A stretch of 64,000 nucleotides of DNA, from NCBI GenBank assembly GCA_045586905.1, contig JAZNBF010000014.1, positions 15,834 through 79,833 of the forward strand, read 5' to 3'. Each line of letters opens with the position of its first letter. The stretch's first letter is position 1. The notes beneath the pieces are model-generated. The model saw only the letters and a list, made by a program, of their open reading frames with translations. It did not search any database and had not been told where the DNA came from. The position numbers and the translations under genes are program-made. Shown here one piece after another: positions 63,585 to 64,000 of the stretch. The DNA comes from Clostridia bacterium. GTDB taxonomy: Bacteria > Bacillota > Clostridia > UMGS1810.

Positions 63585-64000
63585 TTAAATAATTATCTTT
63601 TTTACCTCGGAAAATATCTCTTCGGAAATGTCCTCTATTGTGCGAATTCCGTTTGCATTTGCACAATGTATGGTTGTCCAATTGTATTTTTCTGCCACAA
63701 AAACTGCATTGGCATAGGATGCGTCAAGATAGCTTTCGTTGCGTTCGTGAATATCTTTTACTTCGGAGTTGTCTATCTTATTGGCTCTTTTTGCCATAAG
63801 CGCTCTCGCATGCGCCGGCGGCATATCGAGAAAAATCACAAGATCGGGTTTTGGCAGAGAAAGTTTATTGTATTCAAGGTCATAGAGCCAGTCGAGGAAA
63901 TCGCTTTTTTCTTCTGACTCGCTGATTTTTGACGCCTGATGCACCATGTTTGATGTGGTGTATCGGTCAGCAATGATAATGCTGCCATTTGCAAAAAGCT
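63585..64000 (-). CDS. Thymidylate/deoxynucleoside kinase-like protein (5' end beyond the window)
   Basis: The frame is open to the window edge: ...LFANGSIIIADRYTTSNMVHQASKI...DIHERNESYL.... The DRY..S and D..E.. patterns resemble the dTMP-kinase fold. The P-loop would lie outside the window. Confidence 0.5.
   Translation of the reverse strand, partial: LFANGSIIIADRYTTSNMVHQASKISESEEKSDFLDWLYDLEYNKLSLPKPDLVIFLDMPPAHARALMAKRANKIDNSEVKDIHERNESYLDASYANAVFVAEKYNWTTIHCANANGIRTIEDISEEIFSEVKKIII

Noticed and set aside
1-64000. Strong strand bias: almost all genes are on the minus strand except 17907-24688.
   Set aside because: It is consistent with ordinary co-orientation of genes with replication in Firmicutes and is not a feature in itself.

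Overview
This 64-kb window looks like chromosome from a low-GC, spore-forming Firmicute, most likely Clostridia. All calls below come from reading the sequence and ORF translations by eye; no database search was run. About 85% of the window is densely packed housekeeping DNA, almost all on the minus strand. It includes a response regulator / histidine kinase / GerM-like lipoprotein operon, comEA, rpoD-dnaG-dGTPase, and hrcA-grpE-dnaK-dnaJ with a perfect CIRCE operator, followed by hemW. It also holds three tandem amidohydrolase-2 genes, a four-subunit 2-oxoacid:ferredoxin oxidoreductase, ybaK, mrp/apbC, an ECF sigma/anti-sigma pair, dusB and nrdR. A long dcw cluster runs from mraZ to ftsZ, followed by rny-ymdB, a second murA, yebC and tRNA-Arg(CCG). 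A short plus-strand block carries an acyl-CoA thioesterase, a NahK-like kinase with a nucleotidyltransferase, sigG and a PurF-like gene. The main finding lies at 8.0-17.8 kb. A Cys-rich gene is split in frame into a 5' half (17777->17333) and a 3' half (8415->8032) by an approximately 8.9-kb insert. The insert is bounded by a 10-bp direct repeat, and its right junction is a perfect 26-bp dyad. It carries an unusually short serine recombinase whose ORF reads across the left crossover site. It carries no phage genes; its cargo is a sigmaA-promoted operon of S-layer-homology surface proteins, including a 1905-aa giant. I interpret it as a candidate skin-like (sporulation-excised) intervening element in a target gene I do not recognise as previously described. 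A second point of interest is the 860-bp non-coding island between the purF-like gene and dnaJ. It contains a phased array of hairpins joined by a conserved CATGAATTG linker, a promoter-to-terminator structured sRNA candidate, and a small conserved-looking ORF.
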